DNA from: an uncultured Bacilli bacterium | GTDB lineage: Bacteria; Bacillota_I; Bacilli_A; RFN20; CAG-826 | DNA: 64,000 nt | Reading direction: 5' to 3' | Assembly (NCBI GenBank): GCA_944363535.1 | Contig: CALVUG010000003.1 | Coordinates: forward strand, 307-64,306 | Part shown: positions 55,291-63,557 of the stretch, one piece after another | Layout: the number at the start of each line of letters is the position of its first letter | How positions within the stretch are numbered: the stretch's first letter is position 1 | The notes under the pieces: generated by a model | The model's database searches: none | What the model saw: only the letters and a program-made list of their open reading frames with translations | What the model was told of the DNA's origin: nothing | Program-made: the position numbers and the translations under genes

Positions 55291-56999
55291 AGTTTTTTTA
55301 CCTCCTTCGTGATAAGAAATCCTTCGTGTAGTAAGTTTTTAAAATTGAAATTGTTTGCTAAGACGATTTCCCCTTTGGGCAAAATCGTTTTGACCTTGTT
55401 AGATAAATTGACGTATAAAGTTACTACTTTATTTTTGTTAAATCTTTCTAGGATTAAGACACCATCTTTTTCGATGATATTTATCTCGAGTTCGTTCATC
55501 TTCTCTTCCTTATGCAAAGCAAGTAAAGATTTAATCGTTTCATTAATTTTTTTATCCCACTTATTTTCATCCCAGATGAAGCAAGCGCGATTATATGGAT
55601 CATAACCTCCATCTAAACCAATTTCATCACCGTAATATAAACAAGGGACACCGATGTAGGTATAAAGTAAGGCGTAAGCGATAAGGTAACGATTGACATT
55701 ATGCTTACAGTCTTCTAAGAAACGATCGACGTCATGACTAGAAAGTAAATTTAACAAATTGTAATTGACGTTACGTTTATATCTAAATAAGTTGGAAATC
55801 AAACGATTCTTAAACGTCTTTGCACCACTTTTTTCGTAAGCTACATAATTTAATACTTCTTTAGTAAAGGCATAGTTCATGATGCTATCGAATTCGAAGC
55901 CTGTATTTAAATACGTATGGGCGTTATGCCAATTTTCCCCAAGTAAGACGATATCTTTTTTAATCTTTTTAAGTTCGAACCTAAATTTTAGCCAGAAAGT
56001 GTGGGGAATTTCATCGCTCACATCGAGTCTAAAGCCATCGATGTTGAACTTAGTGACGTAATGCTTCGCCACTTCGATGATGTAATCTTGCACTTCTTCA
56101 TCGTTTAAATTTAATCTAGGTAAATTGGGGCAACTCGCAAACGTTTCATAATTTTTCTTACTTTCATCGACTTTTTCCCCATCGATAAAAAACCAATGAT
56201 AATATTTAGAAACTTTCCCTTTTTCTTTTACATCTTTAAAAGCAAAAAAATCATCGGAAACGTGATTGAATACGCCATCGAGTAAGATGATCATGTCGTT
56301 CCTATGAAGTTCTTTCACTAAGGAAGATAAATCTTCTTCATCACCGAAATCTTCACTAATTTGATAGTAATCGATCGTATCGTATTTATGATTGGAATAA
56401 GATTTAAAAATAGGCGTCAAATAAAGAGCGTTAATGCCAAGACTTAAAAGGTAATCAAGCTTCTGCTTAACGCCCCTCAAATTGCCGCCAGCAATCGTTT
56501 TGGGAGTCACCTTATCGCCCCATGAAATATTTATGCGCGGATTAACTTTACTTTTATCATCGTAAAATCTATCGACGAAGATTTGATAGAAACGACGGTT
56601 TTGTAAGATGGGATTAATCTTAATGATATCTAAAGGATTGATGAATGAAACTTGGAAGAAATCGTAAAAGCCTTTAGAAATATCGTAAGTTTCAGACACG
56701 CCACTTTCACTAAAGTAATAAACTTTATCGTCTTGTAAGGTCAATTTGAAAACGTACGCAAAGCGTTTATCTTTCAATTTGATCCTACGGACGTAATAAT
56801 CGTAAGTATCGTCATGACAAACTTTAGGCATAAGTAAAGTTTTTACACATTCATGAAATGAATATTTATCGTTACACACTAATTCAACTTTAGAGATATC
56901 ATCATCCTTTTTTGTAAGTAAACGAATTTCTACTTCGTCTTCGCTTACCGCAAAAGAATAGATCGAATCACTTTTATGTCTTAAAGCTGCTTTGTCCAT
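55287..56999 (-). CDS. Cytoplasmic GH13 enzyme, paralogue 2 (about 60% identical by eye to 48016..49725)
   Basis: 570 aa. DGVFNHV, DGFRLDVSDEIP, GENWHN and LLSSHDVDRF. No signal peptide. Confidence 0.85.
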   Translation of the reverse strand: MDKAALRHKSDSIYSFAVSEDEVEIRLLTKKDDDISKVELVCNDKYSFHECVKTLLMPKVCHDDTYDYYVRRIKLKDKRFAYVFKLTLQDDKVYYFSESGVSETYDISKGFYDFFQVSFINPLDIIKINPILQNRRFYQIFVDRFYDDKSKVNPRINISWGDKVTPKTIAGGNLRGVKQKLDYLLSLGINALYLTPIFKSYSNHKYDTIDYYQISEDFGDEEDLSSLVKELHRNDMIILLDGVFNHVSDDFFAFKDVKEKGKVSKYYHWFFIDGEKVDESKKNYETFASCPNLPRLNLNDEEVQDYIIEVAKHYVTKFNIDGFRLDVSDEIPHTFWLKFRFELKKIKKDIVLLGENWHNAHTYLNTGFEFDSIMNYAFTKEVLNYVAYEKSGAKTFKNRLISNLFRYKRNVNYNLLNLLSSHDVDRFLEDCKHNVNRYLIAYALLYTYIGVPCLYYGDEIGLDGGYDPYNRACFIWDENKWDKKINETIKSLLALHKEEKMNELEINIIEKDGVLILERFNKNKVVTLYVNLSNKVKTILPKGEIVLANNFNFKNLLHEGFLITKEVKKL

Positions 57000-57047
57000 A
57001 AAATGTTTCCTTTTTTAAATATGCAGAATAAGTTAGAATTATTTTTG

Positions 57048-57833
57048 ATGAAGAAGAAGATTACGATGCAAGATATCGCGAAGATGTGCGGCGTCAGTGT
57101 CGCAAGTGTTTCTTACGTTTTAAACGATAAGAAGGATTCACGTATCACTGAAGCGACGAAGCAGAAGATTTTACAAATCGCTAATCTTTACATGTATCGT
57201 TCTAACCCTTATGCAAGAAGCCTCGCCACCGGAGAAATTCATAATATTCTTTTCTTCTACGGTGAGAACGACTTTCCTCTTTATCAGGCCGAAGTCTTAA
57301 GATTCATCAATCATCTTTCCACTCATCTAAGACCTTATAAATACAATATCACAATCGCCCCTAACAATATGATTGCTAAATATAATTACGTCGACGCTAT
57401 CATCACTTACCGCGTTGATAAGGAAACTTTTATGAAACTTGGGGAATTAAATTTCATTCCACTCATCTCAGTCGATTGCCTCATCGAAGATAATCTTTTC
57501 TTCGAAATTAACAATTCCTTTAAATCATTAAATTCAAATGAATTTACTTACTTCTCCTTACCTTATTTAGATGATAAGACGATCACTTCTTTAAAAGAAC
57601 GATTTGACGTTCGTTTCATCGTTGATTTTAAATCTTTAGAAGAAGAAGTAACTAAGTTAGATAAACCACTCATCGTCTTCAATTCATCTTTACATCATTA
57701 TCTTGATGTCTTAAATGTCGAACATCAATTTTATGACGTCGATAAGACAAAGAAATTTGAGGCTATCATCGAAACTTTAAATTTAGCTATCAACCGCGAA
57801 GAGAGCACTAAGCATCAATACTTCATCGATTAA
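57048..57833 (+). CDS. LacI/GalR-family regulator with a short, divergent effector domain
   Basis: HTH MQDIAKMCGVSVASVSYVLN...ILQIANLYMYRSNPYARSLA. About 261 aa in total, against ~330 typical. Start at ATG 57048 (57066 is an alternative). Confidence 0.75.
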   Translation: MKKKITMQDIAKMCGVSVASVSYVLNDKKDSRITEATKQKILQIANLYMYRSNPYARSLATGEIHNILFFYGENDFPLYQAEVLRFINHLSTHLRPYKYNITIAPNNMIAKYNYVDAIITYRVDKETFMKLGELNFIPLISVDCLIEDNLFFEINNSFKSLNSNEFTYFSLPYLDDKTITSLKERFDVRFIVDFKSLEEEVTKLDKPLIVFNSSLHHYLDVLNVEHQFYDVDKTKKFEAIIETLNLAINREESTKHQYFID

Positions 57834-57837
57834 CCAT

Positions 57838-57875
57838 GGGTGCGGTAAGAAGGATAATCCGCACCCACAGTTTTT
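57838..57875 (+). terminator. Hairpin terminator between convergent genes
   Basis: GGGTGCGG-13 nt-CCGCACCC, then acagTTTTT. Confidence 0.6.
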
Positions 57876-57886
57876 AAATGATGATT

Positions 57887-59356
57887 TTAGGCTGCTGCCG
57901 TAATCGTGATGATGTGAGAGTAGGTGTTTAAAGAGATGAGATATTGACCAGGAGTGTTAAAGACGATGTTCGTCGCACTGAGGTCATAAGCATCACTTGC
58001 TACCGCCACGTAAGCTGAAGCGAAGAAATCGACGTATGGGCTTGCAAGTTCAGCATTGTAATATTGAATACCTAATTGTTCGCCCGCTGCGCTAACAGTA
58101 ATCGGAGTTGCGAGTTCCATGACATCAGGATCGCTTGCGCTTTGCGTAAGCATCAAGCTTTCATCGATGCCCCAACTTCTTCCACCGAAGTTACCATCGA
58201 CATAATATGAGGCCACAGGTGCTACATATTCATCGTTCTTGGTCACTTCTAGCGTTTCCGCGGCTGCGTCATAAACGAAGTTATAATAGCCATCAGCGAG
58301 AACTTTCATATTAGATTCACCGCTGACAAGTTCTTTACTAGCGTCCGTTAAGTTAGAGCCACGAATGTAAGCATTACCTTCACTTACTTCACCAGTAGCA
58401 GTATCGGTGACTAAGGAAGCAAACATAAATTCATCGCTCGCTCTTAAATAAACGTTATTTAATGTATGGATGCCATCAGTTTCAACCATCAAGGTGTGAT
58501 CATTGTGTAAATCGGCCCAAGCGGTAATTTCTGCACCTTTTAGGTAGAAGGTCGTCGTCGTCTCTGGTCTAGTTTCGGTCGACTCACCAACTCTTTCCCA
58601 TTCTAAGGTATCGTAATAGTTACGGTTGTTATAAGTTTCTGGTGAATCATTTAGTTGGAAATCACCAGCGGGATAAGTCGTAAGGGTGAATTTATAACGA
58701 CCATCGACATTCGCCGTAATGTTAGAGGTGTAATTATCAGCCCCTAAACCACCACCGACGGAGAAATATTCCGTTCCATCACGAGTTGGTTCAACTAAGT
58801 AACCGCCACCTCTTTGGTGACCCCAAGAAACGGTACCAGTTTCTTCATCGATGACAGGATATGTGAATTGGAATTGATCGCCGATAAATAAGTTAATTTC
58901 GATGGTGAAGATGTTCGCACTATCATTATCTTCTTTAACCATGTAATGTTCATCGTTGAACACTTTACCCCAGTTCGAAATGCGAAGTAATTCGGTTTGT
59001 CCACTTCCCGCGAGCGCCCAGCGACGCGTATCTTCTTCATAAGAGACAAATGAACCAAAGATTGATAAGTCATCAGTGACTGGTGTCGTAAAATCGTAAG
59101 CATGCGTTAACGTTGGTTCACCATACCAGCCAAGGAACGTCTTATCAGTAACTGTTGTTGTCGGATCCCATTCAGGAGCGGTATTGCCATCTTCCACTTC
59201 TTCAGTGTGAAGGACAGTTTCACCGTCGAGATAAGAAACCGTATGTGTTTCATCAGGACCTGGACCAGGGGCAGGACCTGGATCGCATGAAGAAACCCCC
59301 ATGACGAGCGCCACTCCACATAAAAGTGGCAAAATTGTGAATAGCTTTCTTTTCAT
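57887..59356 (-). CDS. Surface lipoprotein: Listeria-Bacteroides repeat plus three tandem beta-sandwich (CBM/SusE-F-like) modules
   Basis: Start at ATG 59356 (SD GGAGGA). Lipobox GVSSC then a PGPAPGPGP linker. FLGWYGEP repeat. Three modules each ending in G-x-Y-x-Phi-x-Phi (DGRYKFTLT, DGYYNFVYD, PGQYLISLN). Confidence 0.7.
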   Translation of the reverse strand: MKRKLFTILPLLCGVALVMGVSSCDPGPAPGPGPDETHTVSYLDGETVLHTEEVEDGNTAPEWDPTTTVTDKTFLGWYGEPTLTHAYDFTTPVTDDLSIFGSFVSYEEDTRRWALAGSGQTELLRISNWGKVFNDEHYMVKEDNDSANIFTIEINLFIGDQFQFTYPVIDEETGTVSWGHQRGGGYLVEPTRDGTEYFSVGGGLGADNYTSNITANVDGRYKFTLTTYPAGDFQLNDSPETYNNRNYYDTLEWERVGESTETRPETTTTFYLKGAEITAWADLHNDHTLMVETDGIHTLNNVYLRASDEFMFASLVTDTATGEVSEGNAYIRGSNLTDASKELVSGESNMKVLADGYYNFVYDAAAETLEVTKNDEYVAPVASYYVDGNFGGRSWGIDESLMLTQSASDPDVMELATPITVSAAGEQLGIQYYNAELASPYVDFFASAYVAVASDAYDLSATNIVFNTPGQYLISLNTYSHIITITAAA

Positions 59357-59390
59357 TAGCATTCCTCCAAATGTGTGCCTAATCGTCACT

Positions 59391-59406
59391 GCTTAAACGT
59401 TTAAGC
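59391..59406. promoter_or_regulatory. Perfect 16-bp palindrome GCTTAAACGTTTAAGC, candidate LacI-family operator
   Basis: Central AAACGTTT core typical of LacI/GalR operators. Lies 15 nt downstream of the putative -10 and 35 nt upstream of ATG 59356. Confidence 0.55.
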
Positions 59407-59421
59407 ACTTTCTTTACTTAC

Positions 59422-59450
59422 ATAATAATGGCTAAATTTAGCCTTTGCAA
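59422..59450 (-). promoter_or_regulatory. Sigma-70-type promoter of the lipoprotein gene
   Basis: Reverse strand reads TTGCAA-17 nt-TATTAT. The spacer contains the 14-bp palindrome GGCTAAATTTAGCC (59430..59443). Confidence 0.45.
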
Positions 59451-59567
59451 ATAAATTTTTTTCATAAATTTTTTCGCTTAATTTTTTTAAGCAACACCCT
59501 CTTTTTCCTTAATATATTAAAGAAATAATAAAAGCGAAAGAAAAAGCTAAAAATATGAAAAAATTAA

Positions 59568-59605
59568 GCAAAAGAAAAGGGCTAAGAATTTATTTTTCCT
59601 AGCCC
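59568..59605 (-). terminator. Intrinsic terminator after the 953-aa gene
   Basis: Reverse strand reads GGGCTA-loop-TAGCCC followed by TTTTCTTTT. Confidence 0.6.
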
Positions 59606-59632
59606 GAAGAGTGAAAAGGAGATGAATGTTCA

Positions 59633-62494
59633 CTAAGCTTCCACTTCGTAAACCTTGGTGACTCCTAATTCATCGTTTTGATGTTCATTGATAAAATTAT
59701 TCATCTTCGATAAATCCACTACTTCACCTAAGTTCACTAAATTTAAGGAAGCATTTAAGGAAATAGGAACACCGACGTTAATGTTAAGTGTGACGTCGAT
59801 CCCTTTTAATTCTTTCTTTACTTCATCCGCATAAACTTTGATGAGAATGTTACTTAAGTCTTCATTCTTAGTTAGTTCATATAGATTGAAATCGAGGTAG
59901 AAATATTGACCAGTAGAATTATATTCTAAGTTGTTAATTAAATTTTCATAGTGGATGATTTGACCTTCCGTATTAGGCGACGAAGTTTCGATCATATTAA
60001 GATACATATCGCGTAAATCTAAGATGAACTCTAACATGTAATCTAAGATGTTATTGAAGAACGTATCTAAATCCACTACTTGGGTATAAGTGACATCATA
60101 TTTTGAACTAAATAAGCCCGTCTTTTGATCATAATCCGTCTTTTCTAAATAGATAAGACCATCTCTATAATAAATAGAAGCACTTCTTTCGATGTTAAAA
60201 ACACTCGATTGAATATAATCAGTATTATCGTTTACCGCAGCGATGACGGGAACATCAGGCAAATCAATCGCTAAAGAGACGTTTCCAGCCTCGTTTTTAA
60301 TTTTGATGTCGACTGGTAAATCGACATTCATAATGCTTAAAAGATTTAAATTGACATTACCTTCGAAATGATAATCGTTATGGACTGCGGTATTGATACC
60401 TAATTCTAAGAACAATCTCAAATCGTTAAAATCGAAGTAAGTATCAGAAATTTTTAGTCTACCTGCTTCTAAAGAAGCATCGTAAGCTTTTAAATCTAAA
60501 GAAATATTTAAAGTTTCACTTCCAAAAGTCACGTTAGAAATATCTAAACCATATAAATTAGATTCATCGTAACGAATAGAAATTAGCATATTTAAATCAT
60601 CGAAGCCTAATAACGCTCCAGAAAGATTGAAGGAAATTAACGTATCTGTAACATTTAAATTTGAAATGCTAGGCGTCGCTAAAAGTAAACCATAATCCCC
60701 ACCCATTAAGGCCGTGTATAAAGGCGTCGATTCAATCATCGTAATGATATCACCAAATAATTCCATGAAATGTTCATCGCGGTTAGAGATGACTTCTTTT
60801 ATCATGTTCATCACATCTTCGATAGCGTTCCCATCCATCTTCGCTCTTAAATTAGAGTTATAAGCCATGAGTAAATTATTGTCTTTACGGTAATCCGCTT
60901 GGATACGATGCGAATAATTAGAGCGATCCACTAGAGTCACTTCGCCAAAACCAAATTTTTCATAAACGTCAAATTGGAAGCCACCATCTAAAGTAAGTTC
61001 AGGTGTATTAATATCGCTAGATACCATTTCCCCTTCTAATTCAATTCTAAATTGATTTTGTTTCGTTAAATTAAATATTGTTGGAATAAGATTAAACGCT
61101 GGATCAATTGCGACGTATTTACTTACTTCAGGAGTTTTTAAATCGTAAGTAATTTGATTTAATTCTAAATCGAAATGGTAACCACCGTAACTGACGTCAT
61201 CTAAAGAAACCCCAATAAGTTCATTTGTAGATGATAAAGATAAAGTGAACGCTTCCATCTCTAAACCGAAGACTGATAAATCGAAAGTAATACTAGTTAC
61301 ATTTTCGCTTACATCAATTTTAGTAATCCAACTATTTAGATTTTCTAAATTAGAAAGAATGTTCATAATTTCATCCATCGCTAAGCCTTCGGAAACTTCC
61401 GTTAAGAAACTAGATAAAGTTTCATCTCCAATTTGTTGAAGAAGATAAGACACTAAGGAAGCGATAGATTCGCTTTGGACGCTAATGAAGTTAACGTCCC
61501 CTTGATTTAAATAGATCGCCTCATCTAAATAATAAAGTTCGAAGTTATGGCTTCTCGCGTTTTCATTTAAACTAAAATCTAAAGCATATTGATTAACGTT
61601 TAAATCGAAAGATAAATCACCAGCTAAGTTAATTAAAGGTAATAAATTTTCATCTTTCATCGTCACATTTAAATCAAACGTATTCGTTTTAGAATTAAAC
61701 GTATGATATAAGTTCTTAAATAAATTCGTCAGAGGTTCCATACTTTGATAAATTGGTGAACCTTCGATACTTTCAGGGCTAACGATTGCACTTGCGGAAC
61801 TAGTTCTAACAATGTCTACATCCAAGAAAGCGAACATATCTTGATAGAAGAACTTATTCGTTCTTAAACCCGTAAATTCGTAATTGAAATCAGATTTAAA
61901 AAATAAGGAAATATTTTCGTCGATTGCAAGTTCGAAGACGTAACCATCTGGATCCACTAATGGTTCCATGGCTTCAATTTTACCTAGTAAGCCTGCTAAG
62001 TCGAGGTTCACTAAGGAATCAGGTAAAGCAACGTTAATATTTAAAGATGATAACATGTCGATAAAACTTAAAATATTTGCGTTGCTCATCTTTAGATGAG
62101 AATCGTTATAATCTAAAAATAAAGTTTCATCGATGTAAGTCGCACTTGCGTTAACTTTAGAACCACCAAAATTGATATCTAAATCGCCTTTAATTTTTAA
62201 ATTGGTTAAATCGCTCGCATCCGCGCTTGCATCAATTAAGACTTTACCTTGGCTTAAAGAAGGTTGATAAGTAAAACTAAGTTCGCCATCGACGTCAAAC
62301 GTCTCAAGCGAAGTAAGTGAAGACATTAAAATTTCGCTTGGTTTCAAAGGCGGTTCAGGATCTGGTTCAATGGGGGTTGGCCCAACGCTTTGTGAACCAA
62401 TAGCCATACATAAATAATAACTTCCAAAACCTGATGCCGTTAGCAAAACTAAAAAAGTTGCCGTCTGCTTTAAAAATCCTTTCATCTTTTTCAT
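59633..62494 (-). CDS. N-terminally anchored 953-aa protein built from four ~200-aa units; function unknown
   Basis: N-terminal TM helix, Pro-rich linker PIEPDPEPPLKP, then a beta-rich N/D/L/S-rich body. ATGA overlap with the upstream 299-aa gene. Confidence 0.75.
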   Translation of the reverse strand: MKKMKGFLKQTATFLVLLTASGFGSYYLCMAIGSQSVGPTPIEPDPEPPLKPSEILMSSLTSLETFDVDGELSFTYQPSLSQGKVLIDASADASDLTNLKIKGDLDINFGGSKVNASATYIDETLFLDYNDSHLKMSNANILSFIDMLSSLNINVALPDSLVNLDLAGLLGKIEAMEPLVDPDGYVFELAIDENISLFFKSDFNYEFTGLRTNKFFYQDMFAFLDVDIVRTSSASAIVSPESIEGSPIYQSMEPLTNLFKNLYHTFNSKTNTFDLNVTMKDENLLPLINLAGDLSFDLNVNQYALDFSLNENARSHNFELYYLDEAIYLNQGDVNFISVQSESIASLVSYLLQQIGDETLSSFLTEVSEGLAMDEIMNILSNLENLNSWITKIDVSENVTSITFDLSVFGLEMEAFTLSLSSTNELIGVSLDDVSYGGYHFDLELNQITYDLKTPEVSKYVAIDPAFNLIPTIFNLTKQNQFRIELEGEMVSSDINTPELTLDGGFQFDVYEKFGFGEVTLVDRSNYSHRIQADYRKDNNLLMAYNSNLRAKMDGNAIEDVMNMIKEVISNRDEHFMELFGDIITMIESTPLYTALMGGDYGLLLATPSISNLNVTDTLISFNLSGALLGFDDLNMLISIRYDESNLYGLDISNVTFGSETLNISLDLKAYDASLEAGRLKISDTYFDFNDLRLFLELGINTAVHNDYHFEGNVNLNLLSIMNVDLPVDIKIKNEAGNVSLAIDLPDVPVIAAVNDNTDYIQSSVFNIERSASIYYRDGLIYLEKTDYDQKTGLFSSKYDVTYTQVVDLDTFFNNILDYMLEFILDLRDMYLNMIETSSPNTEGQIIHYENLINNLEYNSTGQYFYLDFNLYELTKNEDLSNILIKVYADEVKKELKGIDVTLNINVGVPISLNASLNLVNLGEVVDLSKMNNFINEHQNDELGVTKVYEVEA

Positions 62495-63390
62495 ACATTT
62501 TCTCCTTCATAATTAAAATTTGTATTTAAACTCGGAATGTCAATCTTGACATTTGGATAATAAAAATCTATTAGATGCGCATTAGAGGTGTGCGCTCCCA
62601 TCATGTAGACGGTATAAATTTCATCGATTTCTCGTTCTATCAAATTTAAATCTTCATCTAAAGTAATTTTCATCTCGACGCTAGTAAATTCTGGTTTTCT
62701 TGATAAATCGGACATCTTTTCCATTTGCTTGACGTAACGAAGTACGCTCGTCGTGGGATTTAAAGATAAGCTAATAACGTAGTTATTTTCTTCTTTACTT
62801 ACTTCACTATTTAAAACTGTCTTAGAAGAGATAATATAAATCGAACTTCTTTTTAAAGTTTTACCCCACTCTTCTTCGTAATCTTCTAAATTAGAAATAG
62901 TTTTATCTTCTTCATTCCAAGAAGCCATGACACCATCTTTAATATCTTTACCGTTATAAGTCGTCACACTTCCCGCTTCTTGATAAAATCTTTTGGCGAC
63001 GCTTACAATACCGGATTGAGAAATGGATTCATTAAAATATAAATCGTTATTTTTAATAGATACACTTCTTAAAGTTTGGTTGACGATAGAAGCCGCAATG
63101 TTTCCATCGGTCACACTATAAGAATTTTCTTCTAATTCGAATTTATGGTAAGCAATATTTACTAATTCGTAAGGTTCAAAACTAGAATAATCACCATTAG
63201 AGTTCGAATATTCTTTATATAATGCATCGATATCATCTTCATAATTTAAAGGATCATAAGCATCGTAATTGGTTTTAGGTCCTAAAAATTCTTGACCAAA
63301 AAACACTCCCACTCCGACACCAAGCGAGATGGCGAATACTGAGACGATGGAAGTAATGATGATTTTTTTCTTGCTAGGTTTATTTTTCAT
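62491..63390 (-). CDS. N-terminally anchored 299-aa protein, operon partner of the 953-aa gene
   Basis: MKNKPSKKK followed by a TM helix, then a soluble domain. No family that I recognise. Confidence 0.7.
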   Translation of the reverse strand: MKNKPSKKKIIITSIVSVFAISLGVGVGVFFGQEFLGPKTNYDAYDPLNYEDDIDALYKEYSNSNGDYSSFEPYELVNIAYHKFELEENSYSVTDGNIAASIVNQTLRSVSIKNNDLYFNESISQSGIVSVAKRFYQEAGSVTTYNGKDIKDGVMASWNEEDKTISNLEDYEEEWGKTLKRSSIYIISSKTVLNSEVSKEENNYVISLSLNPTTSVLRYVKQMEKMSDLSRKPEFTSVEMKITLDEDLNLIEREIDEIYTVYMMGAHTSNAHLIDFYYPNVKIDIPSLNTNFNYEGENV

Positions 63391-63518
63391 AGCAAGCGTA
63401 ATTAAAAACTTTTTTCTCGCTTTTGTCGCCCTCTTAATAAGAACCTAGAAAATAGAGTGATATCTATAATTAATAGAATAGTGAAAATCTACTCTCTGAT
63501 TTGGAGAGTTAGATAAAA

Positions 63519-63536
63519 AAACTTTTTTAAAAGTTT
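63519..63536. promoter_or_regulatory. Inverted repeat AAACTTTT-tt-AAAAGTTT over the -35 region of the XRE gene
   Basis: 8-bp arms ending 8 nt upstream of the -10 box. Candidate autoregulatory operator, but AT-rich and low-complexity. Confidence 0.35.
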
Positions 63537-63544
63537 AAAATAGT

Positions 63545-63550
63545 TATAAT
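63545..63550 (+). promoter_or_regulatory. -10 box TATAAT 7 nt upstream of ATG 63558 (leaderless-type)
   Basis: TATAAT-agacaac-ATG with no SD. Confidence 0.45.
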
Positions 63551-63557
63551 AGACAAC

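Noticed and set aside
57887-59356. Horizontal transfer of the lipoprotein gene, inferred from visibly higher G+C (about 44% in a 100-nt sample)
   Set aside because: Conserved housekeeping genes here (atpD ~52% and glpK ~43% in samples) are equally or more G+C-rich. The value reflects amino-acid composition (G/A/T/D/V-rich) rather than a foreign signature.
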